Shown here piece by piece: positions 49,958 through 59,071 of a DNA stretch of 59,140 bases (position 1 is the stretch's first letter; the number at the start of each line of letters is the position of its first letter). A program made the position numbers and the translations under genes. Source of the stretch: an uncultured Lachnospiraceae bacterium (GTDB taxonomy: Bacteria > Bacillota > Clostridia > Lachnospirales > Lachnospiraceae); the NCBI GenBank assembly GCA_902797675.1, contig CADBTR010000073.1, positions 1-59,140 on the forward strand, written 5' to 3'. The notes under the pieces were generated by a model, which saw only the letters and a list, made by a program, of their open reading frames with translations, had not been told where the DNA came from and searched no databases.

Positions 49958-51020
49958 CGATTTTCACCTTCCCTGCCTGAAGCGTAAAGACAAATACCGC
50001 GCCATGGGGAACATTGTCCTCGATCCAGAGATGTCCTCCATGCGCGTCTATGATCGATTTGCAGAGTGGAAGTCCCAATCCCATACTTCTCCTGCTGTCC
50101 ACGATCTTATTATCTCCGGTAAAGAACATATCAAATACTTTCTCTTTCCATTCGTCCGGCACGCCGTTTCCGTTATCGGAGATCCGCACCTGAACGAACT
50201 CCCCCTGTCTGCCGGCATGAATCCTGATCACCGATCCCTCCGGCGTATATTTGATCGCATTATCCACGATATTTACGATCACCTGAACGATCAGCTTAAT
50301 ATCCATTTTTGCAAATAATAAATCATCTTCATATTCCGTCACGATCCGATGTTCTGTTTTTCTCCGATTAATATGGTTCAATGCTTCGTCGACGATCTCA
50401 TCCACCAGTTCCGTTGTCATGTGAAAATTCAATCTTCCGTCTTCAATTCTGGTAACAGAAAGTAAATTCTCCACCAATCCGACAAGCCACTGGGAATCAT
50501 CATAAATATCCAGATACATCTGATTCTTCGTCCGGTCATCCAACTGTCCGGAATCCATCAGCAGATTGCCTGCATTTCCGGATATCGAGGTAAGCGGAGT
50601 ACGCAGGTCATGAGAAATTGCCCTCAATAAGTTGGCTCGCAACTGTTCCTTTTGCGCCAGCAGATCCGCCTGTTCTTTTTCTTTTGCATTCCGGATATTT
50701 TCATTCGCCAGAGTTCCCGTAATAAGCGACGCCAGAAGCATAATTGCGAAGGTCGCCTGATATCCCGGCTCATAAGCGTGCAGGGTAAGTCTCGGCTCCG
50801 TAAATAAAAAATTAAACATCAGCACACTGGCAAGCGAACTTAACACACTGCAGCCATAACTTTGCGTAAATATGGCAGTCAGCAAAACTCCCAAAATATA
50901 TACCGTAATAATATTTGCTTCCGTAAATTTCAAATGATAAAATAAAATTCCGATTCCCGTTGTTGCCGCAAGGATTCCCAGTGTAATCAACAACTCCCTG
51001 ATAAAAACATTGATTTTCAT
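49950..51020 (-). CDS. Short KdpD-like sensor kinase (4-TM DUF4118-like domain plus HisKA and HATPase)
   Basis: FNFLFTEPR TM motif, LRANLLRAISHDLRTPLTSI, NAIKYTP, GLGL; no N-terminal KdpD/USP or GAF region. Confidence 0.85.
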   Translation of the reverse strand: MKINVFIRELLITLGILAATTGIGILFYHLKFTEANIITVYILGVLLTAIFTQSYGCSVLSSLASVLMFNFLFTEPRLTLHAYEPGYQATFAIMLLASLITGTLANENIRNAKEKEQADLLAQKEQLRANLLRAISHDLRTPLTSISGNAGNLLMDSGQLDDRTKNQMYLDIYDDSQWLVGLVENLLSVTRIEDGRLNFHMTTELVDEIVDEALNHINRRKTEHRIVTEYEDDLLFAKMDIKLIVQVIVNIVDNAIKYTPEGSVIRIHAGRQGEFVQVRISDNGNGVPDEWKEKVFDMFFTGDNKIVDSRRSMGLGLPLCKSIIDAHGGHLWIEDNVPHGAVFVFTLQAGKVKIDE

Positions 51021-51073
51021 CGGAACCTCCTGTATTTCTTAAATGATACCAACGATTATAGCACAACCTCTTA

Positions 51074-51283
51074 TTATTTTCCACTTTCCTTTTTTTTCTG
51101 TTCTTTTAACCGTTTTTTTGCGATCAACATTCCGTAAGATTCCCTCTTATCATTGATTTTTTTTAAATTTCTCAAATTCTGCCGTAAAAAGCGATCGGTT
51201 CCGACTGCAATCTCATAACCGCACAAAAATACTCCCGTAATTCCCAACATAAATAAAATGAATGCCATAATAAATCCCTCCAT
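51074..51283 (-). CDS. Small hypothetical membrane protein
   Basis: One hydrophobic helix plus a basic tail; fills the gap between ktrA and the kinase gene. Confidence 0.5.
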   Translation of the reverse strand: MEGFIMAFILFMLGITGVFLCGYEIAVGTDRFLRQNLRNLKKINDKRESYGMLIAKKRLKEQKKKESGK

Positions 51284-51284
51284 T

Positions 51285-51938
51285 CTACAATGCGTTTTTA
51301 AAACATTTTTTCATATCCTGATAAGTCCCCAGTACAAGCATTGTATTTTCCTGTTTCAAAACCATATCCGGCGTGATCACCATATTCATATCACCGTTAT
51401 TCTTGACAGCAAGAATATTGACATGATATTTTCTCCGGATATCCAGCTGCGCAACACTTTTTCCAACCCACTGTTTCGGCACCCGGACCTCGTAGATTCC
51501 TGTATGATCATCCAGTTCCACATAGTCCAGAACATGATCGGAACCATAGCGGATCGCAGCCCATTTTGCGATCTGTTTTTCCGGATACATCACCTCGTCC
51601 GCGCCGTTTCGCAGCAGAAATTTCTCCTGCACCTCCGTGGATGCTCTGGATACTACCAGTTTAGCTCCCAATTCTTTCAAACTCCATGTTGTTTCCAGGG
51701 AATTCTGAAAATCATCTCCTATCGTCACAATACAGACATCAAAATTACCAACGCCCAGAGAGCGCAAAAATTCATAATTCGTGCTGTCCCCGATCTGCGC
51801 ATTTGTAACATAGGGCAGGATCTCCTGCAATTTTTCTTCCTCTTTATCGATCGCCATGATCTCATGACCTAAGCGATTCAACTGATATACGATCTGTTTT
51901 CCAAAACTTCCGATACCGATCAACAATACGGTCTTCAT
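51285..51938 (-). CDS. KtrA/TrkA-family RCK potassium-uptake subunit
   Basis: IGIGSFG Rossmann motif, GADEVMYPE, TrkA-C domain. Confidence 0.92.
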   Translation of the reverse strand: MKTVLLIGIGSFGKQIVYQLNRLGHEIMAIDKEEEKLQEILPYVTNAQIGDSTNYEFLRSLGVGNFDVCIVTIGDDFQNSLETTWSLKELGAKLVVSRASTEVQEKFLLRNGADEVMYPEKQIAKWAAIRYGSDHVLDYVELDDHTGIYEVRVPKQWVGKSVAQLDIRRKYHVNILAVKNNGDMNMVITPDMVLKQENTMLVLGTYQDMKKCFKNAL

Positions 51939-51956
51939 AGTACTCCCTCTTTTCTA

Positions 51957-53291
51957 TTAACCTACAGTAATTTTTTCTTTTGATAATCTTGAAAGATTCT
52001 TTCCGTTTTCCGACACTGCCGCGTAAATCAATGTCAGACCGCCCACGCGTCCCATAAACATTAATCCTGTTAGCAGCAATTCGGAACTGTGGGAAAGCAT
52101 CGGCGTGATCCCAAGACTTAATCCCGTTGTGGATACCGCCGATGCCGTTTCAAACAGACACCATCCCATGGGGAGATGTTCTGTACTGCTGATCATCATC
52201 GCCGCCAGCACAAACATCGAAACATCAAGCATTAATATCGTTGCGGCATCACGAATTACTTTTTCGTCGATCCGCCTTCCGAAAAAATGAATCTCGTTTT
52301 TTCTCATAAAAGCCGCCTTCATATTTGCAAATAAAACAGCTGCCGTTGTTACCTTGATTCCTCCTGCGGTAGAACCCGGTGCCCCTCCGATCAGCATCAG
52401 CACGATCATACAGCCTTTTGCGGCTCCCGACATCACATTCAGATCAGCGGTATTAAAGCCTGCTGTTCTTGCAGTCACCGTCTGAAACAGTGAACAAAGA
52501 ATCGCTTCCTTCTGCCCTGCGTTCCGAAATTCCGCAAAATAAAAATACAATGCCGGAACGCAGATCAATGCTGCCGTAGTCGCAAAGATCACCTTGCTTT
52601 GCATACGATACTTCCTGATATGTATTCCATGCTCTTTTATATCCGCCCATGTAAAAAATCCGATTCCGCCGACAATGATCAGACTCATAAGAACAAGATT
52701 GATAAGCAGGTCTCCGCTGTAACCGGTCATAGACACAAAAGGATGCTCTTTCGTTCCCAACAGATCAAAACCGGCATTGCAAAAGGCTGATACAGAATGA
52801 AACACAGCAAGCCAGACGCCTTTGATCCCGTAATCTCTGCAAAATACCGGCATCATCATGACTGCCCCTGCCAGTTCAAAGAACAGAGTGAATTTCACAA
52901 TAAATCCGGTCAATCGCACGATTCCGCCCATCTGCGGCGCTGCCATCGCCTCCTGCATCGTTCCCCTTTGCATTAATGAAATCTTTTTTCCCGAAAACAG
53001 GGCAATGGCAGCGGCGACGGTGACAACTCCCATTCCGCCTACCTGAATCAACAGCAGAATGACCGCCTGTCCGAACCCTGACCAGTAAGATGCCGTATCC
53101 TGCACAGCCAGTCCCGTCACACATAATGCCGATGTTGCCGTAAACAAGGCGTCCCATATCCCTGCACTGCCATTTCCCTTTGTGGCAAAAGGCAGCATTA
53201 AAAGAATTGTTCCCGCAAAAATTCCCAATAAAAAACTAAAAAATATAATCTGAAAGGAAGACAAATGTCTTCTCTTTTTCAACGCTTCCAT
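51957..53291 (-). CDS. KtrB/TrkH-family potassium transporter
   Basis: SALCVTGL, SAFCNAGF, TARTAGF, PGSTAGGIK, STTGLS, MFMGRVG. Confidence 0.93.
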   Translation of the reverse strand: MEALKKRRHLSSFQIIFFSFLLGIFAGTILLMLPFATKGNGSAGIWDALFTATSALCVTGLAVQDTASYWSGFGQAVILLLIQVGGMGVVTVAAAIALFSGKKISLMQRGTMQEAMAAPQMGGIVRLTGFIVKFTLFFELAGAVMMMPVFCRDYGIKGVWLAVFHSVSAFCNAGFDLLGTKEHPFVSMTGYSGDLLINLVLMSLIIVGGIGFFTWADIKEHGIHIRKYRMQSKVIFATTAALICVPALYFYFAEFRNAGQKEAILCSLFQTVTARTAGFNTADLNVMSGAAKGCMIVLMLIGGAPGSTAGGIKVTTAAVLFANMKAAFMRKNEIHFFGRRIDEKVIRDAATILMLDVSMFVLAAMMISSTEHLPMGWCLFETASAVSTTGLSLGITPMLSHSSELLLTGLMFMGRVGGLTLIYAAVSENGKNLSRLSKEKITVG

Positions 53292-53359
53292 CGTTTCACC
53301 TCCACGCTGCTATCCTACACCCAAATCTTTTAAAACGAAATTAATGTTTTGATTCTTAA

Positions 53360-53381
53360 CATAAAGATTTCATAAAGATTT
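53360..53381. promoter_or_regulatory. Perfect 11-bp tandem direct repeat upstream of ktrB; candidate KdpE (OmpR-type) box
   Basis: cataaagattt-cataaagattt. Confidence 0.55.
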
Positions 53382-53474
53382 ATCTTGCGATCTGATAATG
53401 ACCCTTGATTTTTCCTTCCATCTATTCTATAATCACTTTTGTTGCGAAAACGCAGCATAACTATATTAACAAAT

Positions 53475-53686
53475 GACACCGGTGCCTTCGATTGCGCAAA
53501 GCAAGGCCGAAGGGTAAAAGGGAAACAGGTGCAAAACCTGTACGAGCCCGTCACTGTAATTGCAAGAATAATGTAAAAAAACATATCGCATGTCCCGAAC
53601 CGGATGTGCCGTATGCAAACCACTGGCGCCGTCTTACGCCGGGAAGGCTTTTTTACAAATGCATAAGTCAGGAAACCTGCCGGATG
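53475..53686 (+). ncRNA. Cobalamin riboswitch
   Basis: ccggtg..taaaagggaa-acaggtgcaaaacctgt-acgagccc-gtcactgtaa..ccactgg..ccgggaagg..aagtcaggaaacctgccgg (B12 box). Confidence 0.93.
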
Positions 53687-53749
53687 TCCGTACAGAAACA
53701 AAAGTTTCAGGTCACGCGGATCTGACCCATGTACAGAAAGGAAAAAGAC

Positions 53750-54778
53750 ATGAAAAAATCTATGTTACTCTTTACAACGCTTGCATTAAGTACCGCAATG
53801 TTGTTCGGATGCAGTTCCTCGGACAAAGAGGACACAAACACAAAGGAGACTACTGTTGCCTCCAAATCCAATGACTCAGATTCTGACAAAAAAACGGAAG
53901 AAAATGAGACGGAAGAAAATGTTGACGAAGAAGAAAATTACGACACAGGAGACGCATCTTTGGACGATATCAGAAATCAGGATGAAATTGGCGATAATGA
54001 ATTGCTTGTGGTAAGTTTCGGTACAAGTTATAACGACAGCCGCCGTTTAACCATCGGCGCCATTGAGGGTGCTTTGGATGACGCCATCGATGATTACTCT
54101 GTCCGCAGAGGTTTTACTTCCAATATTATCATCGATCACATAAATAAACGGGACAATATTTTAATTGATGATGTAGACGCCGCTTTAAAGAGAGCTTCTG
54201 ACAATAGCGTAAAAAATCTTGTAATCCAGCCGACCCACCTGATGCATGGTCTGGAATATGATGAGCTGGTTGAAAAAGTCGGAAATTATTCCGATGCTTT
54301 TGAAAAGGTTGTTTTCGGCGAGCCGCTGCTGACAAGCGATGACGACTTCAAGCGCGTGGAGACAGCCATTACCGACTGGACAAAAGAATATGATGACGGC
54401 GAGACAGCCATTGTATTTATGGGACATGGTACCGAGGCTGATTCCAATGAAATCTATCAGAAGATGCAGGATCTTCTGACCGCAGACGGATTTGAACATT
54501 ATTATGTAGGTACCGTAGAAGCTACTCCTTCCCTTGACGATGTTCTTGCCCTTGTAAAAGAAGGCGGTTACAAGAAAGTTGTTCTTGAGCCTTTGATGGT
54601 TGTTGCCGGCGACCACGCCAACAATGATATGGCAGGAGATGAAGACGGTTCATGGAAGAAAGCATTCGAGGATGCCGGATATGAGGTAACCTGCTTAGTC
54701 AGAGGTCTCGGAGAAAATGAAGAAATTCAGAAGCTTTATGTAGAGCATGCGCAAGCTGCCATTGATTCCATAAAGTAA
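53750..54778 (+). CDS. cbiK: Lipoprotein with CbiK-type (sirohydrochlorin cobaltochelatase) domain
   Basis: Lipobox MLFGC, acidic linker, LLVVSFGTS, QPTHLMHGLEY, MGHGT, PLMVVAGDHANNDMAG. Confidence 0.85.
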   Translation: MKKSMLLFTTLALSTAMLFGCSSSDKEDTNTKETTVASKSNDSDSDKKTEENETEENVDEEENYDTGDASLDDIRNQDEIGDNELLVVSFGTSYNDSRRLTIGAIEGALDDAIDDYSVRRGFTSNIIIDHINKRDNILIDDVDAALKRASDNSVKNLVIQPTHLMHGLEYDELVEKVGNYSDAFEKVVFGEPLLTSDDDFKRVETAITDWTKEYDDGETAIVFMGHGTEADSNEIYQKMQDLLTADGFEHYYVGTVEATPSLDDVLALVKEGGYKKVVLEPLMVVAGDHANNDMAGDEDGSWKKAFEDAGYEVTCLVRGLGENEEIQKLYVEHAQAAIDSIK

Positions 54779-54838
54779 TTGTAACTATTCAGCGGACAAC
54801 CCGAATTTCTATGGAATTCATAAGAGGAGTTTAACATC

Positions 54839-55753
54839 ATGAAATCTCGTTATTTATCCACACTCCTTGCATTGACAACAGCCTGCGCATTGCTTGCAGG
54901 CTGCGCGTCTTCGCAAACGGAGACAAAAACAAAAGAGACAAAGCAGACAGAAACTTCCGCAAAGGAGCAGGAGACTTCCACAGAAAAAGAGACCGTCGCG
55001 CCCATCGATGTGGTGACCGATGATATGGTCGCCATTCCGGGTTCCGAGGTGCAAGACGGCGTTTATCCCGTTCAGGTGGATTCCAGCTCCAGCATGTTTA
55101 AAATCGCTTCCTGTGAACTCACTGTAGCAGATGGCGTGATGACCGCCGCACTGACGATCAACAGCGCAAGCTACAACCGCCTGTTCCTGGGAACCGCAGA
55201 GGAAGCCGCAAATGCCAAAGAGGAAGATCTCATCAATTATGAAGAAACTTCTGACGGAGCAAGAGTCTTTACATTTCCGGTGGAAGCTTTGGATGCCGGC
55301 GTCAACTGCGCCGCTCTGAGCGCAAAGAAAGATTTATGGTATGACCGGACCCTTGTATTTCGCGCAGATTCCCTTCCTGCCGATGCGTTTGCCGAAGGCG
55401 TGATCTCTACTCCCCAAAAACCGGAACTGGAAGACGGCACTTATACGATTGCCGTTGATTTGGAAGGCGGTTCCGGAAAAGCAAGTGTCGCTTCCCCGAC
55501 TACTTTAAAAGCAGAAGACGGAAAGGTCATTGCCGTCATTACATGGAGCAGTCCGAATTACGATTATATGATGGTGGACGGTGAAAAATATCTGCCGGTG
55601 AATACCGATGGAAATTCCGTATTTGAGATACCGGTTTCCGGTTTTGATTACAAAATACCGGTTTCCGCAGATACAACAGCCATGAGCACTCCTCATGAGA
55701 TTGAATATACGTTATATTTCCACTCAGACAGTGTGACATTGTCAGAGAATTAA
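54839..55753 (+). CDS. Uncharacterised lipoprotein with two probable beta-sandwich domains
   Basis: Lipobox LLAGC, ETK-rich linker, two segments starting DGVYPVQV and DGTYTIAV; WSSPNYDYM and TTAMSTPHEIEY motifs. Confidence 0.75.
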   Translation: MKSRYLSTLLALTTACALLAGCASSQTETKTKETKQTETSAKEQETSTEKETVAPIDVVTDDMVAIPGSEVQDGVYPVQVDSSSSMFKIASCELTVADGVMTAALTINSASYNRLFLGTAEEAANAKEEDLINYEETSDGARVFTFPVEALDAGVNCAALSAKKDLWYDRTLVFRADSLPADAFAEGVISTPQKPELEDGTYTIAVDLEGGSGKASVASPTTLKAEDGKVIAVITWSSPNYDYMMVDGEKYLPVNTDGNSVFEIPVSGFDYKIPVSADTTAMSTPHEIEYTLYFHSDSVTLSEN

Positions 55754-55766
55754 GTATCTAAAAAAG

Positions 55767-56909
55767 ATGAAAAAACATATTATTTTACTTTTCATATTCC
55801 TTGCCACTGCAATCACTGCCTGCAGTGGCAAAACCATATCACAACAAAAAAGCGGTACCTGGGATGAGCGTAAACCCGTATCTCATATGACGCTTGACTA
55901 CGCAAAAGAATTTACCGTTGATTATTATGAAGATGATTATGCCCTCATTACCATAGGCAGTGATCAGAAATACCTGGTGGTTCCGAATGGGAAGACCATT
56001 CCCGAACATGATAATTCCGTCGTAATCCTGCAAAAGCCGTTAAATCCTGCTTATATCGCCGCATCTTCCGCCATGGATTTGATCGACGGGATCGGCGCTC
56101 TGGATAAAGTATCCTACCTTTCCACAAAACAGGCAGACTGGCAGCTTCCCCATATTTCCGAAGCAATGGAAAAAGGTACGCTTACGTTTGCGGGAAAATA
56201 TAATATGCCTGATTACGAAATACTGCTCTCCGGCGGCTGTGCCCTTGCCGTAGAGTCAACGATGATCTATCACAGCCCCGATACGAAAGAAAAGCTGGAA
56301 ACCCTTGGAATTCCCGTTCTTGTAGAGCGTTCCAGCTACGAATCCCATCCTTTGGGACGCATGGAATGGATCAAATTATACGGGTTATTATTTGATCGGG
56401 AAAAAGAGGCAGACGCATTTTTTTCCGAAAAAGAACAGCTTGTAAAAGACCTTACTGCCGATTCTTCCGGTTCTTCAAAAACAGTTGCCTTTTTCTACAT
56501 CAATGCCGGCGGCAGCGCCGTCATCCATAAACCCGGCGATTATATCGCAAAAATGATCGAACTTGCAGGAGGCACTTACGCCTTTACGCCGGAAGATTTA
56601 TCCGTAGACGCAAGCGCCCTCTCCACCATGACGATCCAGATGGAATCCTTTTATTCCATTGCAAAAGATGCAGATGTTTTAATTTACAACAGTTCCATCA
56701 CCGGCGATGTGGAAACCATAGACCGGTTACTGGAAAAAGATCCTATTTTCGCAGACTTCCGGGCGGTAAAAAACGGAAATGTCTGGTGTACCGAAAAAAA
56801 TATGTTTCAACAGAGCACCGGCGTTGCGGACATGATTTCCGACCTGCACCGGATCATCTCCGGAACCGCAACAGAAGAAACGCTAAACTTTTTACATCCT
56901 GTAAAATAA
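55767..56909 (+). CDS. Class III (BtuF/FecB-like) ABC substrate-binding lipoprotein
   Basis: Lipobox ITAC, PDYEILL, SSYESHPLGRMEWIKLYG, AVKNGNVW. Confidence 0.88.
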   Translation: MKKHIILLFIFLATAITACSGKTISQQKSGTWDERKPVSHMTLDYAKEFTVDYYEDDYALITIGSDQKYLVVPNGKTIPEHDNSVVILQKPLNPAYIAASSAMDLIDGIGALDKVSYLSTKQADWQLPHISEAMEKGTLTFAGKYNMPDYEILLSGGCALAVESTMIYHSPDTKEKLETLGIPVLVERSSYESHPLGRMEWIKLYGLLFDREKEADAFFSEKEQLVKDLTADSSGSSKTVAFFYINAGGSAVIHKPGDYIAKMIELAGGTYAFTPEDLSVDASALSTMTIQMESFYSIAKDADVLIYNSSITGDVETIDRLLEKDPIFADFRAVKNGNVWCTEKNMFQQSTGVADMISDLHRIISGTATEETLNFLHPVK

Positions 56910-56919
56910 GGAGTTCATT

Positions 56920-57930
56920 ATGCACTGCAAACGTTACCTGATCGGATATCTTTTTTTGATCCTGTTAATTTTTCTGCTCTTTGGAGCAAATATTTGCATC
57001 GGAAGCGTCCGTCTGTCCGGGACAGAGCTTTGGAATGTGCTCCTTGGAAAATCCACAGACAGAATCTCCGAAAATATCATTATGCAGATCCGTCTTCCCC
57101 GCGCCCTCGCCGCAGGACTTTTGGGCGGCGCCCTTGCGGTGTCCGGTTTCCTGCTGCAGAATTTTTTCGGCAATCCCATCGCAGGACCTTTTGTACTGGG
57201 AATTTCCTCGGGAGCGAAACTGGTCGTTGCCCTGACCATGATTTTCTTTCTTCAAAAAGGATACGACCCCGGTTCTTCCTCTCTGATCTTCGCCGCTTTT
57301 CTCGGCTCTCTGGCAGTCATGGGGCTTATCCTCCTGATTTCCGGAAAGACCGGGCAAAATATGGCGATTCTCATTGTCTGCGGCGTCATGGTTGGTTATA
57401 TCTGTTCCGCAGTCACGGATTTTGTCGTAACCTTTGCGGAAGATTCCAATATTGTAAATCTTCACAACTGGTCTCTCGGCAGTTTTTCCGGTATCAGCTG
57501 GGACAATATCCGCATCATTTTTCTTGTTGTGCTCTTTTGTCTCGGATTTTGTATTTTTCTCGTAAAGCCGATGAGCGCCTATCAGTTAGGAGAAATATAT
57601 GCCCAAAATATGGGCGTAAATCTGAAGGTGTTCCGCATTGCGCTGATCCTGATATCAAGCCTGTTATCCGCCTGTGTGACAGCCTTCGCAGGTCCTGTAT
57701 CATTTGTGGGCGTTGCGGTTCCTCATCTGACAAAAACATTATTTCGCACCGCAAAACCCATCATCATACTTCCCGCCTGTTTTCTCGCAGGCTCTGTATT
57801 TTGTCTGCTTTGCGATCTTCTGGCGAGAATGTTATTTGCACCGACAGAACTTGGCATCAGCTCCGTTACGGCAGTCTTCGGCGCGCCGGTTGTTATCTGT
57901 ATCATGTTAAACAGAAAGAAATCCGCATAA
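56920..57930 (+). CDS. FecCD/BtuC-family ABC permease
   Basis: IRLPRA, LQNFFGNPIAGPFVLGISSGA, AGPVSFVG..PH. Confidence 0.92.
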   Translation: MHCKRYLIGYLFLILLIFLLFGANICIGSVRLSGTELWNVLLGKSTDRISENIIMQIRLPRALAAGLLGGALAVSGFLLQNFFGNPIAGPFVLGISSGAKLVVALTMIFFLQKGYDPGSSSLIFAAFLGSLAVMGLILLISGKTGQNMAILIVCGVMVGYICSAVTDFVVTFAEDSNIVNLHNWSLGSFSGISWDNIRIIFLVVLFCLGFCIFLVKPMSAYQLGEIYAQNMGVNLKVFRIALILISSLLSACVTAFAGPVSFVGVAVPHLTKTLFRTAKPIIILPACFLAGSVFCLLCDLLARMLFAPTELGISSVTAVFGAPVVICIMLNRKKSA

Positions 57931-57949
57931 CATATTTCGGGAGGTTTTT

Positions 57950-59071
57950 ATGCTTTCGACCAATCATTTATCCGTGGGCTACAAAAAAAAGATCATCATC
58001 CATGATATTGACCTGACCGTTCAGCCGGGAGAGATCATCACCCTGATCGGTCCAAACGGAGCCGGAAAATCCACAATATTAAAAACCATATCAAGACAGC
58101 TTGCCCCGATATGCGGCGTTGTCCGCATGGAAAATCAGCCGCTGTCGGACTACACGCCGGATGCTCTCGCAAAAAGGATGTCGATCCTTATGACGGAACG
58201 CTTAAAAACAGAGCTGATGTCCTGCCGTGAGGTGGTGGAAGCCGGAAGATATCCCTATACCGGACGTCTGGGGCTTCTCTCTGAACATGATAAAAAGATC
58301 GTATCGGATTCCATGGAAATCACGCACACCGAATCCCTTGCCGATGAGGATTTCAATACCTTAAGCGACGGTCAGAAACAGCGCATTTTGCTTGCAAAAG
58401 CAATCTGTCAGGAGCCGGATCTTCTGATCCTTGATGAGCCGACCTCTTATCTGGACATCCACTACAAACTGGAATTACTGGAGATTTTAAAATCCCTCGT
58501 CCATGAAAGAAAGATTGCCATCCTCATGTCCCTTCACGAACTGGAACTGGCGCAGAAAATATCAGACCGGATCCTCTGTATTGACGGTGAACAGATCGAC
58601 CGCACGGGAACGCCGGAGGAAATCTTTAAAGAAGATTACCTCTCCTCGCTTTACCATGTGGATGTTGCCTGCCTGAATACTCTGTACGGCTCTGTGGAAC
58701 TTCCCCGGATTGCCGGCGAACCGGCAGTCTTTGTCATCGGCGGCGGCGGAACGGGAATCCCCGTCTACCGCAGATTACAGCGTATGAGAATCCCCTTTGC
58801 CGCAGGGATCTTGTTTGAAAATGATCTGGACTACCCGGTTGCCCGCTCGCTTGCTTCTAAGATCATAACCGTTCCCGCCTTTGGTGAAATTGACGATAAC
58901 ACCCTGCAATCGGCGCTTTCTCTTATGGATTGCTGTCAGTATGTTCTTTGCTGTAATGAGAATTTTACCGGCTGGAACGAAAAAAACCGGCTGCTCTTTC
59001 AACACGGAAAGGGAAAGCTGGTCAAAAAAGCGGAGGAAGTGATGTTCCCATTCAATGTCGCATGGCTTTAG
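57950..59071 (+). CDS. BtuD/FecE-like ABC ATPase with a C-terminal extension
   Basis: GPNGAGKS, LSDGQKQR, ILDEPT, LHEL; extra ~120 aa starting near VFVIGGGGTG. Confidence 0.92.
   Translation: MLSTNHLSVGYKKKIIIHDIDLTVQPGEIITLIGPNGAGKSTILKTISRQLAPICGVVRMENQPLSDYTPDALAKRMSILMTERLKTELMSCREVVEAGRYPYTGRLGLLSEHDKKIVSDSMEITHTESLADEDFNTLSDGQKQRILLAKAICQEPDLLILDEPTSYLDIHYKLELLEILKSLVHERKIAILMSLHELELAQKISDRILCIDGEQIDRTGTPEEIFKEDYLSSLYHVDVACLNTLYGSVELPRIAGEPAVFVIGGGGTGIPVYRRLQRMRIPFAAGILFENDLDYPVARSLASKIITVPAFGEIDDNTLQSALSLMDCCQYVLCCNENFTGWNEKNRLLFQHGKGKLVKKAEEVMFPFNVAWL

Noticed and set aside
53330-53874. Short ORFs between ktrB and cbiK
   Set aside because: The region is explained by the cobalamin riboswitch and promoters
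56994-58016. 340-aa same-strand alternative frame over the permease
   Set aside because: Arg/Ser/Pro-rich with no recognisable domain, and entirely overlapping a conserved gene
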